Shown: piece by piece, positions 21,383-31,907 of the stretch | Numbering within the stretch: position 1 is the stretch's first letter | Layout of the letters: every line of letters begins with the position of its first letter | Origin: a virus | Taxonomy: Duplodnaviria; Caudoviricetes | Reading direction: 5' to 3' (one strand) | IMG/VR virus record: IMGVR_UViG_3300035208_002115 | DNA: 64,000 bases | The notes under the pieces: generated by a model | Database searches by the model: none | Told to the model about the DNA's origin: nothing | Seen by the model: the letters and a program-made list of their open reading frames with translations, nothing else | Made by a program: the position numbers and the translations under genes

Positions 21383-21669
21383 TAAATTATAAATTAGAAC
21401 GTTTACAAAAAGGCGAAACAGTTATCACCAGTGAGAAGGGGAATTCTATGTTGCCTTTAATTAAATCAGGCCAAGACCATAAACTTGCTCCAGCGACATT
21501 AGATGATGTCGAAATTGGGGACATTGTTTATTGTAAAGTTCGGGGTAAATTTTATACACATTTAGTGAAAGCTAAAGACGATGTAAAAGGATGTTTAATC
21601 GGAAATAATCGTGGTCATATTAATGGATGGACTAAACAGATATACGGTAAAGTAATTGAAGTAATTTAA
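21379..21669 (+). CDS. peptidase S24/S26-like small protein
   Basis: GNSMLPLI..G, GDIV and HLVK motifs. Confidence 0.6.
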   Translation: MINYKLERLQKGETVITSEKGNSMLPLIKSGQDHKLAPATLDDVEIGDIVYCKVRGKFYTHLVKAKDDVKGCLIGNNRGHINGWTKQIYGKVIEVI

Positions 21670-21717
21670 ATATTCCATTAGTTATATACGGAAACAAAAA
21701 ATAATCCAATTGGGTTT

Positions 21718-21963
21718 ATGTTAGATTTAATAACCGAGTCTTATTTTGAAGACGAATTTCTAAAAGCAGATGGAATGGATGATGCTATAATAGGTGTCGA
21801 TGAAACTTCGATGCGACTTATCTATTCAGTAAAAAAATGTTTAAAATTATTAATGAAACAGGGAATGAAATATGAAGAAGCATTAGAATATTTTGATTTC
21901 AATGTTTCTGGAGCATATGTTGGTGAAAAAACACCGATATGGTGTCAAGATAATTTCATATAA
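21718..21963 (+). CDS. phage hypothetical protein
   Basis: ADGMDDAIIG...EEALEYFDFNV.GAYVGEKTP, a motif I recognise from other phage hypothetical proteins. Confidence 0.7.
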   Translation: MLDLITESYFEDEFLKADGMDDAIIGVDETSMRLIYSVKKCLKLLMKQGMKYEEALEYFDFNVSGAYVGEKTPIWCQDNFI

Positions 21964-22005
21964 TAAACAATTGTTTATTTTTTTACTATAATAATAAAAA
22001 AATTC

Positions 22006-22185
22006 ATGAAAAGATTAGTAAGAAAACCAATAAATGGTGGAGCTGGCGTTTGTACTGGACTGGCTGATTATTTTGATATGGATGTGACAATCGTTCGTTT
22101 GATTTTTGTGTGTGGTGTGTTATTCACATACGCTGGATTTGGTTTGTTATATTTAATATTATGGGCAGTTGTTCCAGTGGAATAA
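22006..22185 (+). CDS. pspC: PspC-domain membrane protein (59 aa, absent from the ORF track)
   Basis: Translated by hand: MKRLVRK...AGVCTGLADYFDMDVTIVRLIFV...LYLILWAVVP. Confidence 0.88.
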   Translation: MKRLVRKPINGGAGVCTGLADYFDMDVTIVRLIFVCGVLFTYAGFGLLYLILWAVVPVE

Positions 22186-22218
22186 TATTGAATATTATTA
22201 AAAAATAAAAATATTTAA

Positions 22219-23169
22219 ATGAGTGAATACTTTGATTATGATGATATCAATCTGATACCTAAGATGTGTATTGTTAATTCACGTTCAGAATGTAACACAA
22301 AGGTCAAATTGGGCGGTTTTACATTTAATATACCAGTTGTTCCAGCAAATATGGAATCGGTTATAAACGAAGATTTATGCATAAAATTGGCATCCAGTGG
22401 ATATTTCTATATTATGCATCGGTTTGGAGTGGATAATGTAGAATTTGTGAAGTATATGAAAAGCTTGGGGTTATACACTTCCATATCAATTGGAGTTAAT
22501 GGTGATTCATATCCAACATTAGAAAAGTTATTAAAGAATAATCTAATACCAGATTTCATAACTGTTGATATAGCACATGGACATGCCATTAAAATGAAAG
22601 AAATGTTGAAATTTTTAAAGAATAATTTCAAAAACACTTTTGTGATTGCTGGAAATGTATCGACTGCTGAAGGTGTCATGGACTTAGAAAAATGGGGTGC
22701 TGATGCTGTTAAAGTTGGAATTTCACCCGGGTCGGCCTGTACCACATCACCAACAACAGGTTTTGGTTCTCGTGGTTCGCAAGCCTATACTGTGAATTTA
22801 TGTTCTATGAATAGTACAGTACCTATAATTGCTGATGGTGGTATAAAAGTCCCAGCCGATATTGCAAAATCTGTTGTATTAGGTGCAACTATGTGTATGG
22901 TCGGTGGTATGTTATCTTCACATTCCGACAGTCCCGGTCGGACGGTTGAACAAAACGGAATTCGTTATAAAGAATTTTACGGGTCGGCCTCGGCTAAACA
23001 GAGTAATAAGAGAAATAGAATAGAGGGTACTGTTAAATTAAATTCGTTAAAGGATACCACTTTAATTGAATATTTAGAATATCTGGAAGAATGTTTACAA
23101 AGTTCTATTTCTTATGGTGGTGGTAATAGATTAGAAGATTTAAGATTAGTTGATTGGTATAAAAAATAA
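22219..23169 (+). CDS. guaC: GMP reductase
   Basis: [45 protein letters not shown]. Confidence 0.93.
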   Translation: MSEYFDYDDINLIPKMCIVNSRSECNTKVKLGGFTFNIPVVPANMESVINEDLCIKLASSGYFYIMHRFGVDNVEFVKYMKSLGLYTSISIGVNGDSYPTLEKLLKNNLIPDFITVDIAHGHAIKMKEMLKFLKNNFKNTFVIAGNVSTAEGVMDLEKWGADAVKVGISPGSACTTSPTTGFGSRGSQAYTVNLCSMNSTVPIIADGGIKVPADIAKSVVLGATMCMVGGMLSSHSDSPGRTVEQNGIRYKEFYGSASAKQSNKRNRIEGTVKLNSLKDTTLIEYLEYLEECLQSSISYGGGNRLEDLRLVDWYKK

Positions 23170-23180
23170 AATATAAATTT

Positions 23181-23626
23181 ATGAAAATTAAAGACGTAAA
23201 TAAATTCGGATTCGGGAAAAAAACAAATAATGAATATAAAATTGTTGAACGTAAATTTCAAGATAATAATACATTATTTTTTATTAAAGAAATAAAAGGA
23301 ATTGATTCTTCAAATTTGGAGTTACAGTTTGAAGAAATTCGTGAAGAATCATTTAACACACTGGAAGAAGCAAAACAATTTGTTGAAGAATTGAAAGAAG
23401 TTGATAAACAGGTAACAGTTTTGGAAGAAAAAATACATGATTGCTGATGGAATATATTGGAATTCATAAAATAAGTGGTTTGAAAATATACAAACACGAG
23501 GGTAAACATTATTTATTTGAAGAAAAATCCGATGCATATATACATATGCAAGAATTATCCGAAGAACAGAAAAATATGATTAGAGCTTTACATAGTGATA
23601 AAGCTACAATATTGTTTCAGAGGTAG
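23181..23626 (+). other. two small hypothetical CDS (23181-23447, ~23441-23626)
   Basis: ORF track. Confidence 0.55.
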
Positions 23627-23650
23627 AAAAATACTTATATATTTAGAAAG

Positions 23651-23676
23651 ACCAACTTTAGCGAGTTGGTTTTTTT
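23651..23676 (+). terminator. intrinsic terminator
   Basis: ACCAACT...AGTTGGT followed by a T run. Confidence 0.7.
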
Positions 23677-23708
23677 ATATATAACAGAATATAAAAAATT
23701 CTAATTAC

Positions 23709-26036
23709 ATGATAAATATTTTAATAGTGGATGATATTAATTCCAATCGAAAAGATTTAAAAGAACGTCTGAGGAATCTAAATTTTGAAGTTAATTTTTT
23801 TGAGTCGGTAAATGATAAATCAACATTTGATATTTTGAGTAGTAATATTATAGATATTATATTATTAGACATCGTTTTAAATAATGAATCTGGAATTGAC
23901 ATATGTAAGAAAATAAGAGGTGATAAAAGAACAGAAAATATTATAGTCATCATGATTACTGCTTACGGTGAAATCACAGATTTAAAAGAACAAGTATTAG
24001 AAGCTGGTGCAGATTCATATATCACAAGACCATTTGACACATTTGAATTAGTGTCCAGAATAAATATAGCGATTCGTTTAAAGAAGGCCGAAGATTCTTT
24101 ACGTACTGAAAAGAAAATGTTAGAATATGGTTTATCGTTGAGTGAGAAGAAATATAAAGATTTATTTTCAACAATGACCAGTGCATTTTCATTAAATGAA
24201 GTGATATATAATGAACAAGGAGAAATTTATGATTATAGGTTTATTGAAGTAAATAACGCCTTTGAAAAAGCTACTGGTTTAAAAGCTACTGATATAATTG
24301 GAAAGTTAGCATCTGAAATATATCCAGTATTTTATAAAAGTTGGTTAAACTTATATTTTGATGTCATTAAAGAAAAGAAGACCAAAAGTGTTGTTGAATA
24401 TATTCAGAATGCTAATAGATGGGTTGAAATTTTTATCTATGCACAATCTAAAAAATTCTTTATATCCGTTTTTAATGATGTCACCGAGATAGTAGAAAAT
24501 AATAAAAAAATAAATAAAATACATAAGGAATTAGACCAAATATTAAATGCATCTTCTCCACTTTGCGTTGTGAACAAAGAATGTAAATTAATTTTAGTTA
24601 ATGATTCTTTTTGTTCTATGTTCAAAGTCGATAGGGATGTAGTTTTGGGTAATTTTTGTCAAAATGTGTTAAACCCAAACACTTGTAAAATATGTCCAAT
24701 TAAGAGAATAATGGGAGGCACAAAAAAATCAATTTTTGAAATTAACACTAAAGTTGGTAAAAGTAAATTATTGCGTTGTTTAGTAACAGCTAAACCTTAT
24801 GAAAATGACCAAAATAAAATAATAGGAATGGTGTCAACCTTTACAGATATAACACGGTTAAAAAAAATTGAAAAAAAACTTATAAAAGCTAAAGACCAAG
24901 CTGAAGAATCTGACAGATTAAAATCTGCTTTTTTAGCTAATATGTCCCACGAAATAAGAACACCTATGAACTCAATCATTGGGTTCTCAGATTTATTAAA
25001 TGAAGATTATATTGAAAAAAGTATTAAAGAAAATTATTTAAATATAATTCAAAACGCTGGGAATGATTTATTAAAACTAATAGATGATATTATAGATATT
25101 GCTAAAATTGAAGCTGGTCAAATACAATTAAAAGCTGAAAATTTTTCATTGAAGAAAATGGTATCAGAATTATATATTTTATATAAAAGAAATCCTAATT
25201 TAATGGCAAACAATGTTACATTGAGTCTTATAGAATATGATTTTAATTGTGATAATATTTTTGCAGACGAATTACGATTGAAACAGATAATAATTAATCT
25301 ATTAAATAACGCTATTAAATTTACTCACGAGGGTGAGATAACTTTCGGTTATTATTTAGATGGTGCTTTTATTCAATTTTTTGTAAAAGATTCTGGTATA
25401 GGGTTAACAAAAGAGCAAATAAAGATTGTATGGGAAAGATTTCGTCAAGCCGATAACTCAACTACTAAAAAATATGGTGGTGCAGGTCTTGGGTTGTCCA
25501 TATCAGATGGTATAGTTAAGTTATTTGGTGGTAAAATATGGGCTGAATCAGAATTATGTAAAGGAACGACCTTTTATTTCACCATTCCATATATACAATC
25601 TAATAAAAACTTAATTAATTTGGAAGAACTTCCCACAAAAGTAACTTATAACTGGGAGAAAAAAACTATATTAATAGCAGAAGATGTCGATTTAAATTAT
25701 CAATTAATAGAAAAACTTCTTGATGATACTAATGTGGACATAATAAGAGCTAAAAATGGAATCGAAGCAATTAAATTATATAAACAACATAAAAATATTA
25801 TAGATGTTATATTAATGGATATACAAATGCCAGATATGAATGGGTATGATGCTACTAAAAAAATTAAAAAAATAAACAAAGATGTTCCAATAATTGCTCA
25901 AACAGCTTATGTTATGAACGATGAAATTAAAAAATGTTATGAAGTGGGATGTTCAGATATTATAAAAAAACCCATTATTAAAAGAAATATGGTTGAAACT
26001 ATTAATAAATTTATTAATATTAGAAAAAATAATTAG
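23709..26036 (+). CDS. hybrid sensor histidine kinase (REC-PAS-PAS-HisKA-HATPase-REC)
   Basis: ILIVDD/ILLD; FLANMSHEIRTPMN; NLLNNAIKFT, DSGIG, GAGLGL; LIAED/LMDIQMP. Confidence 0.95.
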   Translation: MINILIVDDINSNRKDLKERLRNLNFEVNFFESVNDKSTFDILSSNIIDIILLDIVLNNESGIDICKKIRGDKRTENIIVIMITAYGEITDLKEQVLEAGADSYITRPFDTFELVSRINIAIRLKKAEDSLRTEKKMLEYGLSLSEKKYKDLFSTMTSAFSLNEVIYNEQGEIYDYRFIEVNNAFEKATGLKATDIIGKLASEIYPVFYKSWLNLYFDVIKEKKTKSVVEYIQNANRWVEIFIYAQSKKFFISVFNDVTEIVENNKKINKIHKELDQILNASSPLCVVNKECKLILVNDSFCSMFKVDRDVVLGNFCQNVLNPNTCKICPIKRIMGGTKKSIFEINTKVGKSKLLRCLVTAKPYENDQNKIIGMVSTFTDITRLKKIEKKLIKAKDQAEESDRLKSAFLANMSHEIRTPMNSIIGFSDLLNEDYIEKSIKENYLNIIQNAGNDLLKLIDDIIDIAKIEAGQIQLKAENFSLKKMVSELYILYKRNPNLMANNVTLSLIEYDFNCDNIFADELRLKQIIINLLNNAIKFTHEGEITFGYYLDGAFIQFFVKDSGIGLTKEQIKIVWERFRQADNSTTKKYGGAGLGLSISDGIVKLFGGKIWAESELCKGTTFYFTIPYIQSNKNLINLEELPTKVTYNWEKKTILIAEDVDLNYQLIEKLLDDTNVDIIRAKNGIEAIKLYKQHKNIIDVILMDIQMPDMNGYDATKKIKKINKDVPIIAQTAYVMNDEIKKCYEVGCSDIIKKPIIKRNMVETINKFINIRKNN

Positions 26037-26092
26037 TCGATGAAAATTTCAATTGTGATAATTTATATATACTGTAAAATAAAAATATAAAT

Positions 26093-27250
26093 ATGGCACT
26101 ACTAAGAAGGTCAACTCTAAAACAATTCAGGAATTTCAGAAAAGAGGTAAAACGTCAGGGTGGTGATATTGGCGATAAAATAAGCAAAACTGAAAATAGT
26201 TTTCCAAATATGGTGTATAACAGAAACCCATTCGACAGTGATGTTAAAGTTGATACATACGAAGATGATTATTCTATCGGGAATAATACAAAATTAAATT
26301 CAAAAGAAATGAAACATGTAAGAACATTTGAATCTCATGATATATATTCAACTATCATAAAAATGTTGGATAATAAACAAATTTCAGAAACTGAAGCTCA
26401 TCAAATAGTTGACTCTCAGAAAATAACCGATGTTTTTAAAAAAGATATCAAAAAAGCTATAACTAAACATTGTCGAAAAACTAAAATAGAAAGTTTAGAT
26501 GAAAGCCTTAGTGAAACAAGAAAAAAAGCTGAACAAGCAGGTGCTAAAGAATATATTGAAAAAACTGGCGAAATTCTTCAATATAAAAACGGACAGTATT
26601 TAATAGAATTAGATGAATTTGTAAAATTACATGATGGTAAAATTCAATATAAACCGATTGAAAGTTATAAAGGACATCAGATTAAATTAGATAAAAATGG
26701 TTCTTATTTATATAGCATTTTTAAAGGTGCAACCAATCTGGAAGATAGAATAAGTTCTATTAAGAAATGTAAAGAAATAATTGATGGTTTTAAAGGTGTA
26801 AATGAAAAAGCTAATTACAATTTCCCTTATGGTATAGACCAAATACCACAATTTTATTTGAAACAGTGGTTAGAAAAATATTCTTTATGGTGTGAAGCAA
26901 ATAAACAAACCCCAAAATATTCAAATTTTGACGAAGTGGTTGGTGATGAGGATGCTATTTCTACAATATTTTATCATGCTGAATTATACGCCCAAGATAA
27001 TAGTGAAATGTTAGATGGTTCTGAATTTGTAGATACTTCTTATTTAAAAGAATCTTCTGATACATCAGCTAATTATAGCTATGATATACTTAGAATGGGT
27101 AAAGATATTACTGTTGGTGATATTCATGGTAAGATATGGAAAATTGAAGGTGCTGATGTTTACATTGAAACCAAAAATGAGGATGGTAAAATAATTGTTA
27201 AAATTCCTATATCCAAGGTAGCCAAAGCTTATAAAATAAAAAAAGATTAA
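26093..27250 (+). CDS. putative multi-segment head protein
   Basis: Late-type TATATA upstream; internal MKHVRTFES, LDES, VNE and LKES candidate gp21 sites. Confidence 0.5.
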   Translation: MALLRRSTLKQFRNFRKEVKRQGGDIGDKISKTENSFPNMVYNRNPFDSDVKVDTYEDDYSIGNNTKLNSKEMKHVRTFESHDIYSTIIKMLDNKQISETEAHQIVDSQKITDVFKKDIKKAITKHCRKTKIESLDESLSETRKKAEQAGAKEYIEKTGEILQYKNGQYLIELDEFVKLHDGKIQYKPIESYKGHQIKLDKNGSYLYSIFKGATNLEDRISSIKKCKEIIDGFKGVNEKANYNFPYGIDQIPQFYLKQWLEKYSLWCEANKQTPKYSNFDEVVGDEDAISTIFYHAELYAQDNSEMLDGSEFVDTSYLKESSDTSANYSYDILRMGKDITVGDIHGKIWKIEGADVYIETKNEDGKIIVKIPISKVAKAYKIKKD

Positions 27251-28786
27251 ATGTTATCTTTTAAATCTTTTGTTAGAAATAACCTTTTTGAATCTATTGA
27301 TGATAATCAGAACTGGGTATTAAATGTAATATCTGATAAATCTATTGTCAGAACTAAAACCACCAGAGAGAAACTGGAGGGATATTTAGGTAAATTATAC
27401 AATTTCACAGAAGATAATCAAATCATTGATAAAAAAGAATTAACAAAAATACAAAATGATTTAGATAAAATCTATTCATCATATTATTACTCGTTTTCAA
27501 ATAAAGAAACACAGCGTTCAAAATTAGAAGACTTCGCTAAGAAAAGAGGATATTCTTCTTTATATAAAGCAGCATATGAAGAATCAGGTGACCCAGTTTT
27601 AAAGGTTTTAGCGAATTTAAATACATATTCGTTGTCTAATGTGAAATATAATTTAAAAAGAATCGATACAATTAATGATAAATTAACAAAAGATGAAGAA
27701 AAATTTATTACTGATTATTATCCAAATTTATATAAATGGGCATCTTTATATGATAAAATAGAAGAAATACGCACAATATTAAACCCATCAAAAGAACAGA
27801 GGGAAGCTAAAAAGCTACAAGAAATTAAAGGTGTTGTTGACCCAAGAATTAAAAATTCTATTGATGAAATAGCTGAAAATTTCCGACAAGTTATCGAAGA
27901 ACAACAAAATGTTTATTATTTAAAATGTGTTAAAGATTTACAAAAATATTTTGTTGATGGACATTTTGAAAGAAATTTAGTTTCAAAAGACGACCAAATA
28001 TATGTTGCTGAATTAATTTATCGTTTATCATTTATGTTAAATAAATCTTCATCTCAATACACATTTATTGATGATTATGAAGAAAAAATATTAAAACAAT
28101 CATACGATGATAGTGTTGAAACAATTACAAAATTTCAAATTAAAATGTATGATAAACTTGGCGGTTTCATGCAAGAAATTGGTAAAAATTTCACAACCAG
28201 CGTTCAGGGTAAAACATATAAAAATAATGATATTTATTTTGATATAGAGGGTGGTGGTAATTTTGCAATAAGAAATCAGATTGTTTATAAAGTAAGTAAT
28301 CGTGGAACAAATTTTTATACATACCCCACAAATTTCATGTTTGCAAACTTACCAAATGGAGAAAGAGTTAAAGACCCAAGTGAATATACAGTTAAAAAAG
28401 CCTTTAATGATTATTATAATAAAACTAATGAAAGTGTTAAATACATAGATACAATAAATGAATTTATGACAATGTTGGATTTATTTCTTAAATCCAAGGA
28501 AAACAGGAAATGGCTTGTAACTGATGATGTCAAAATATATGTTCGTAAATCTAAAAGGTATCAAAATAAACAAATGTATGATTGTTTAGATTTGGCTTCT
28601 GTTGAAGTCGGTGACACTGGTAAAGGACTATTTACTGAACTTTTCGAAACTATATTAGATAAATACAAAAATAAAAATATTTTTGTTGAATCAATATTAG
28701 AAAAAAGATTTTACAATTTTATAAAAAAATATGGGTTTGAACCATATGGCAATTCTCCAGATAGTTTAATTAAGATTGTTGAATAA
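27251..28786 (+). CDS. putative internal head protein with C-terminal GNAT-like domain
   Basis: MLSFKSFV..LFE leader; LDLASVEV..TGKGLFT..F; FYNFIKKYGF. Confidence 0.5.
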   Translation: MLSFKSFVRNNLFESIDDNQNWVLNVISDKSIVRTKTTREKLEGYLGKLYNFTEDNQIIDKKELTKIQNDLDKIYSSYYYSFSNKETQRSKLEDFAKKRGYSSLYKAAYEESGDPVLKVLANLNTYSLSNVKYNLKRIDTINDKLTKDEEKFITDYYPNLYKWASLYDKIEEIRTILNPSKEQREAKKLQEIKGVVDPRIKNSIDEIAENFRQVIEEQQNVYYLKCVKDLQKYFVDGHFERNLVSKDDQIYVAELIYRLSFMLNKSSSQYTFIDDYEEKILKQSYDDSVETITKFQIKMYDKLGGFMQEIGKNFTTSVQGKTYKNNDIYFDIEGGGNFAIRNQIVYKVSNRGTNFYTYPTNFMFANLPNGERVKDPSEYTVKKAFNDYYNKTNESVKYIDTINEFMTMLDLFLKSKENRKWLVTDDVKIYVRKSKRYQNKQMYDCLDLASVEVGDTGKGLFTELFETILDKYKNKNIFVESILEKRFYNFIKKYGFEPYGNSPDSLIKIVE

Positions 28787-30047
28787 ATATATTATCTAAA
28801 CTTTTTAAAATGTTTTCATTATATTTTATCCTGATTAATTTAACATTATTATTTAAACAAAAATTATTTTTTATATTATCATGTCTTTTAATAATTTTTA
28901 AATTTTTTTCACCACCAAAGTATTCTATTGGTTTAAAGTGTTGTAAACCATCATATTCAATACACATATTATACTTTGGTAAATAAAAATCAAATCTCAA
29001 TTTATTTTCATTTTTACAATTATCGAAACAGTATTGTTGTGTGAATTTGATGTTATTTTTTTCAAGGTAAAGTCTTATTTTCTGTTCACCTTTTGATGAT
29101 TTACACGCAGGACAACCAACACCTCTAAGATGGGCGCAAGCTATTTGCTCGAAAAAACCATGTTTCGGACAAATTATTCTTATTTTTTTTCTACTATGTT
29201 CATAATTAACTAAACTGTAATCGTAAACTTTACCATGTTTATTTTCAGATATTTTAATAAATTTTTCTGTATCGTATGTTCTTAATTCGTGATAACATTT
29301 TTGACATCCCTTCCCATTAATATGTGAACCAGCATTTTGTTCGAATTCACCATGTATTGGACATATTATTTTTATTTTTTCTTTACAATTATTATATTGA
29401 GTTAATGAATAATCATATTTATTATTATGAATTTCTTTCACTTTTATAATATATTCTTCATTAGTGTAATTATATTTACCAGAACATTTTGAACAACCAA
29501 TACCAAGTAAATGAGATGTTGGTTCTTGTTCGAATTCACCATGTACAGGACATATAATAATAATTTTTTTATGTGCTGTAATATAATTAACTTTTGAATA
29601 ATCATATTTATTATTATGTATTATTTTTGCTTTCTCTATAAAATCTTTAATTGTATACAAAATATTATTTGCACATTTTGGACATCCAGTTTTATTATTT
29701 AAATGATTATCTGGTCTCGCTTCAAATTCCCCATGTTCAGGACAAATTATTTTTACTTTAGTTTTATTATTTACGTATTGAGTTAATGAATAATCATATT
29801 TATTGTTATGAACCATATTTGCTTTTGTAATAAATTCATCTTTAGTAGAATTTTTAACACCAGCACACTTTGGACACCCCTGTCCTCTTAAATGATTTGC
29901 AGGTTCTTGTTCAAATTCACCGTGTTTATCACAAATAATAACAACTTTTGTTCTGGAATTGATATAATTAATTAAAGAATAATCATACCTCATATTATGT
30001 TTACTGTTCGCCTTTTCAATAAAACGTATTTTTTTAATATCTATCAT
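28770..30047 (-). CDS. homing-endonuclease-like protein: repeated CPxHG zinc modules plus a C-terminal PD-(D/E)xK (Vsr/DUF559-like) nuclease
   Basis: Five YDYS...IC(P/D)xHG(E/F)FE...GCxxC units; SKGE, FDFYL, IEYDGLQH. Confidence 0.85.
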   Translation of the reverse strand: MIDIKKIRFIEKANSKHNMRYDYSLINYINSRTKVVIICDKHGEFEQEPANHLRGQGCPKCAGVKNSTKDEFITKANMVHNNKYDYSLTQYVNNKTKVKIICPEHGEFEARPDNHLNNKTGCPKCANNILYTIKDFIEKAKIIHNNKYDYSKVNYITAHKKIIIICPVHGEFEQEPTSHLLGIGCSKCSGKYNYTNEEYIIKVKEIHNNKYDYSLTQYNNCKEKIKIICPIHGEFEQNAGSHINGKGCQKCYHELRTYDTEKFIKISENKHGKVYDYSLVNYEHSRKKIRIICPKHGFFEQIACAHLRGVGCPACKSSKGEQKIRLYLEKNNIKFTQQYCFDNCKNENKLRFDFYLPKYNMCIEYDGLQHFKPIEYFGGEKNLKIIKRHDNIKNNFCLNNNVKLIRIKYNENILKSLDNIFIQQS

Positions 30048-30140
30048 AAACTTTTTCTTTTTATATGTATATATAAAATAAAGTGGGTCAAAAAAGTTAA
30101 AAGATTGTGACTATAACACTGAAAAACTAATAATTTAAAC

Positions 30141-31622
30141 ATGCTTGTAGATTTCGAATATCGTTCTAATTCTCTAATAATATCATTTATTAACGATAAG
30201 GGTAATATTAAATTAAAATACATCCCTTGGAAAGACCCTAAGAAATTCGTTACCTGTTCCCACCAAGATAAAAATAAACATGAACAGTATATCACTTGGG
30301 ATGGCCGTAGTGTTAAAGAAATAGACACTAATTATCCAAATCGTTATTCTATCTATGAATATTTAGATAGCTTACCAGAAGATGAAAAGAAAACTATATT
30401 TGAATACCAAGAACCGAATATTTTCTTTGTTGATATTGAGAATGAAATTTTAGAAAAACGTCCAGCACCACATTTAGCTGAAGGTGCAATACAAACAATA
30501 TCTATTGTATTTAATAATCAAGTTCTGGTTATGGGTCTTCAGGATTTATCACAAACAGACCAAGACGGTATTAAAACCGATATCGAAAATTATTTTTCTA
30601 AATATAATCTTAAAATAGAATTCAAATATAAAAGATATACTTCTGAAAAACACATGATTTTCGATTTCTTTAAAATGACACAACAGATGTCGGTGATAAC
30701 TGGGTGGAATTTTGTTAATTATGACTGGGTATATTTAGTTAAAAGGGCGAGAAAATTATACATAAAACCCGAAATATCATCTTTTACTGGAAATTTAAGG
30801 TCTTCATATGAAGATGATAATTATGCAGAATTACCAGCTCATAGAATTATTGTAGATTACATGGAATTGTATGAAAAATGGGATACTGCTGTTAAAGTTA
30901 AAGAATCAAGTGCATTAGATTTTGTGGCCGAGAAGTTACTTAAAATGAAAAAAGTTAATTATGAAGGTAACTTAAAAATACTTTATCGTGATGACTTTAA
31001 AAAATTCGTTTTCTATAATGCGGTTGACTCCTTGTTGGTTCAAAAGATTCATGAAAAGATGAAATATATTGATGTGTTATATGGTATTTCAACGTTATCA
31101 AAAATTAAAGCGTTGGATGCCTTTTCAACATTAGCTGTTACCGAAGGTATTTTACGTTCAAAATTACGAGATAAAAAAAATATTATCTTATGTAAATTAA
31201 ATGACCCAGATGGATATATAGACCCAAATATAATTGAAACCACTTCTAAGATGGTGAAAGGTGGATGGGTAAAAAGCCCATTTAGAGGCATGAAAACGTG
31301 GACTTGTTGTTATGACTTCGCTTCACTTTACCCAACAACTATGCGCCAATTTAACATATCGGCTGATTCATATAAAGGCCAAATTGACAAAAGTGGTCAA
31401 TATTCATTATTTAATGGTCTTAAAATACCAATAGAAGATAATGATATTATAACTTTAAATGGTGCTGTATTCAAAAATGAAATTGGTGTTGTTAATGAAG
31501 TTATGGGTGATATTTATACTGAAAGAAAGAAACATAAAAAGCTTATGATGAAAGCTAATGAAGAAATGAATAAATTAAAACATGAATTAGAACAGCTTGA
31601 ACATGAAGTAAGTAATTTATAA
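30141..31622 (+). CDS. family B DNA polymerase, N-terminal half (exonuclease plus motif A) of a split gp43
   Basis: ExoI DIE, ExoII GWNFVNYD, ExoIII YNAVD, motif A DFASLYP; ends in the first fingers helix without motifs B and C. Confidence 0.9.
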   Translation: MLVDFEYRSNSLIISFINDKGNIKLKYIPWKDPKKFVTCSHQDKNKHEQYITWDGRSVKEIDTNYPNRYSIYEYLDSLPEDEKKTIFEYQEPNIFFVDIENEILEKRPAPHLAEGAIQTISIVFNNQVLVMGLQDLSQTDQDGIKTDIENYFSKYNLKIEFKYKRYTSEKHMIFDFFKMTQQMSVITGWNFVNYDWVYLVKRARKLYIKPEISSFTGNLRSSYEDDNYAELPAHRIIVDYMELYEKWDTAVKVKESSALDFVAEKLLKMKKVNYEGNLKILYRDDFKKFVFYNAVDSLLVQKIHEKMKYIDVLYGISTLSKIKALDAFSTLAVTEGILRSKLRDKKNIILCKLNDPDGYIDPNIIETTSKMVKGGWVKSPFRGMKTWTCCYDFASLYPTTMRQFNISADSYKGQIDKSGQYSLFNGLKIPIEDNDIITLNGAVFKNEIGVVNEVMGDIYTERKKHKKLMMKANEEMNKLKHELEQLEHEVSNL

Positions 31623-31628
31623 TTAATT

Positions 31629-31907
31629 ATGTTTTTTAAAAATAAAAGAATAAAAAAGAATAAAATTCTTTCGACACCATTGATAAGTGTTATATCAAAT
31701 CTAAGTGTTATGAATCAGTCATTGAATAGTGGGAATACAAACACACCAATACGAACATCACAATCATATACACCCTCTTATATATCTGGTTCAACTATGA
31801 CTATTGAAGGTAATTGGGAAATGGAACGTGAAAGGAAAAGAATTGAAAGAAAAGGTAAGATAGAAGAATTATTCCCAGAATTAATATCTTTGTTAGATAA
31901 TGACTAA
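31629..31907 (+). CDS. small tagged protein
   Basis: ERKGKIEELF near the C-terminus. Confidence 0.7.
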   Translation: MFFKNKRIKKNKILSTPLISVISNLSVMNQSLNSGNTNTPIRTSQSYTPSYISGSTMTIEGNWEMERERKRIERKGKIEELFPELISLLDND

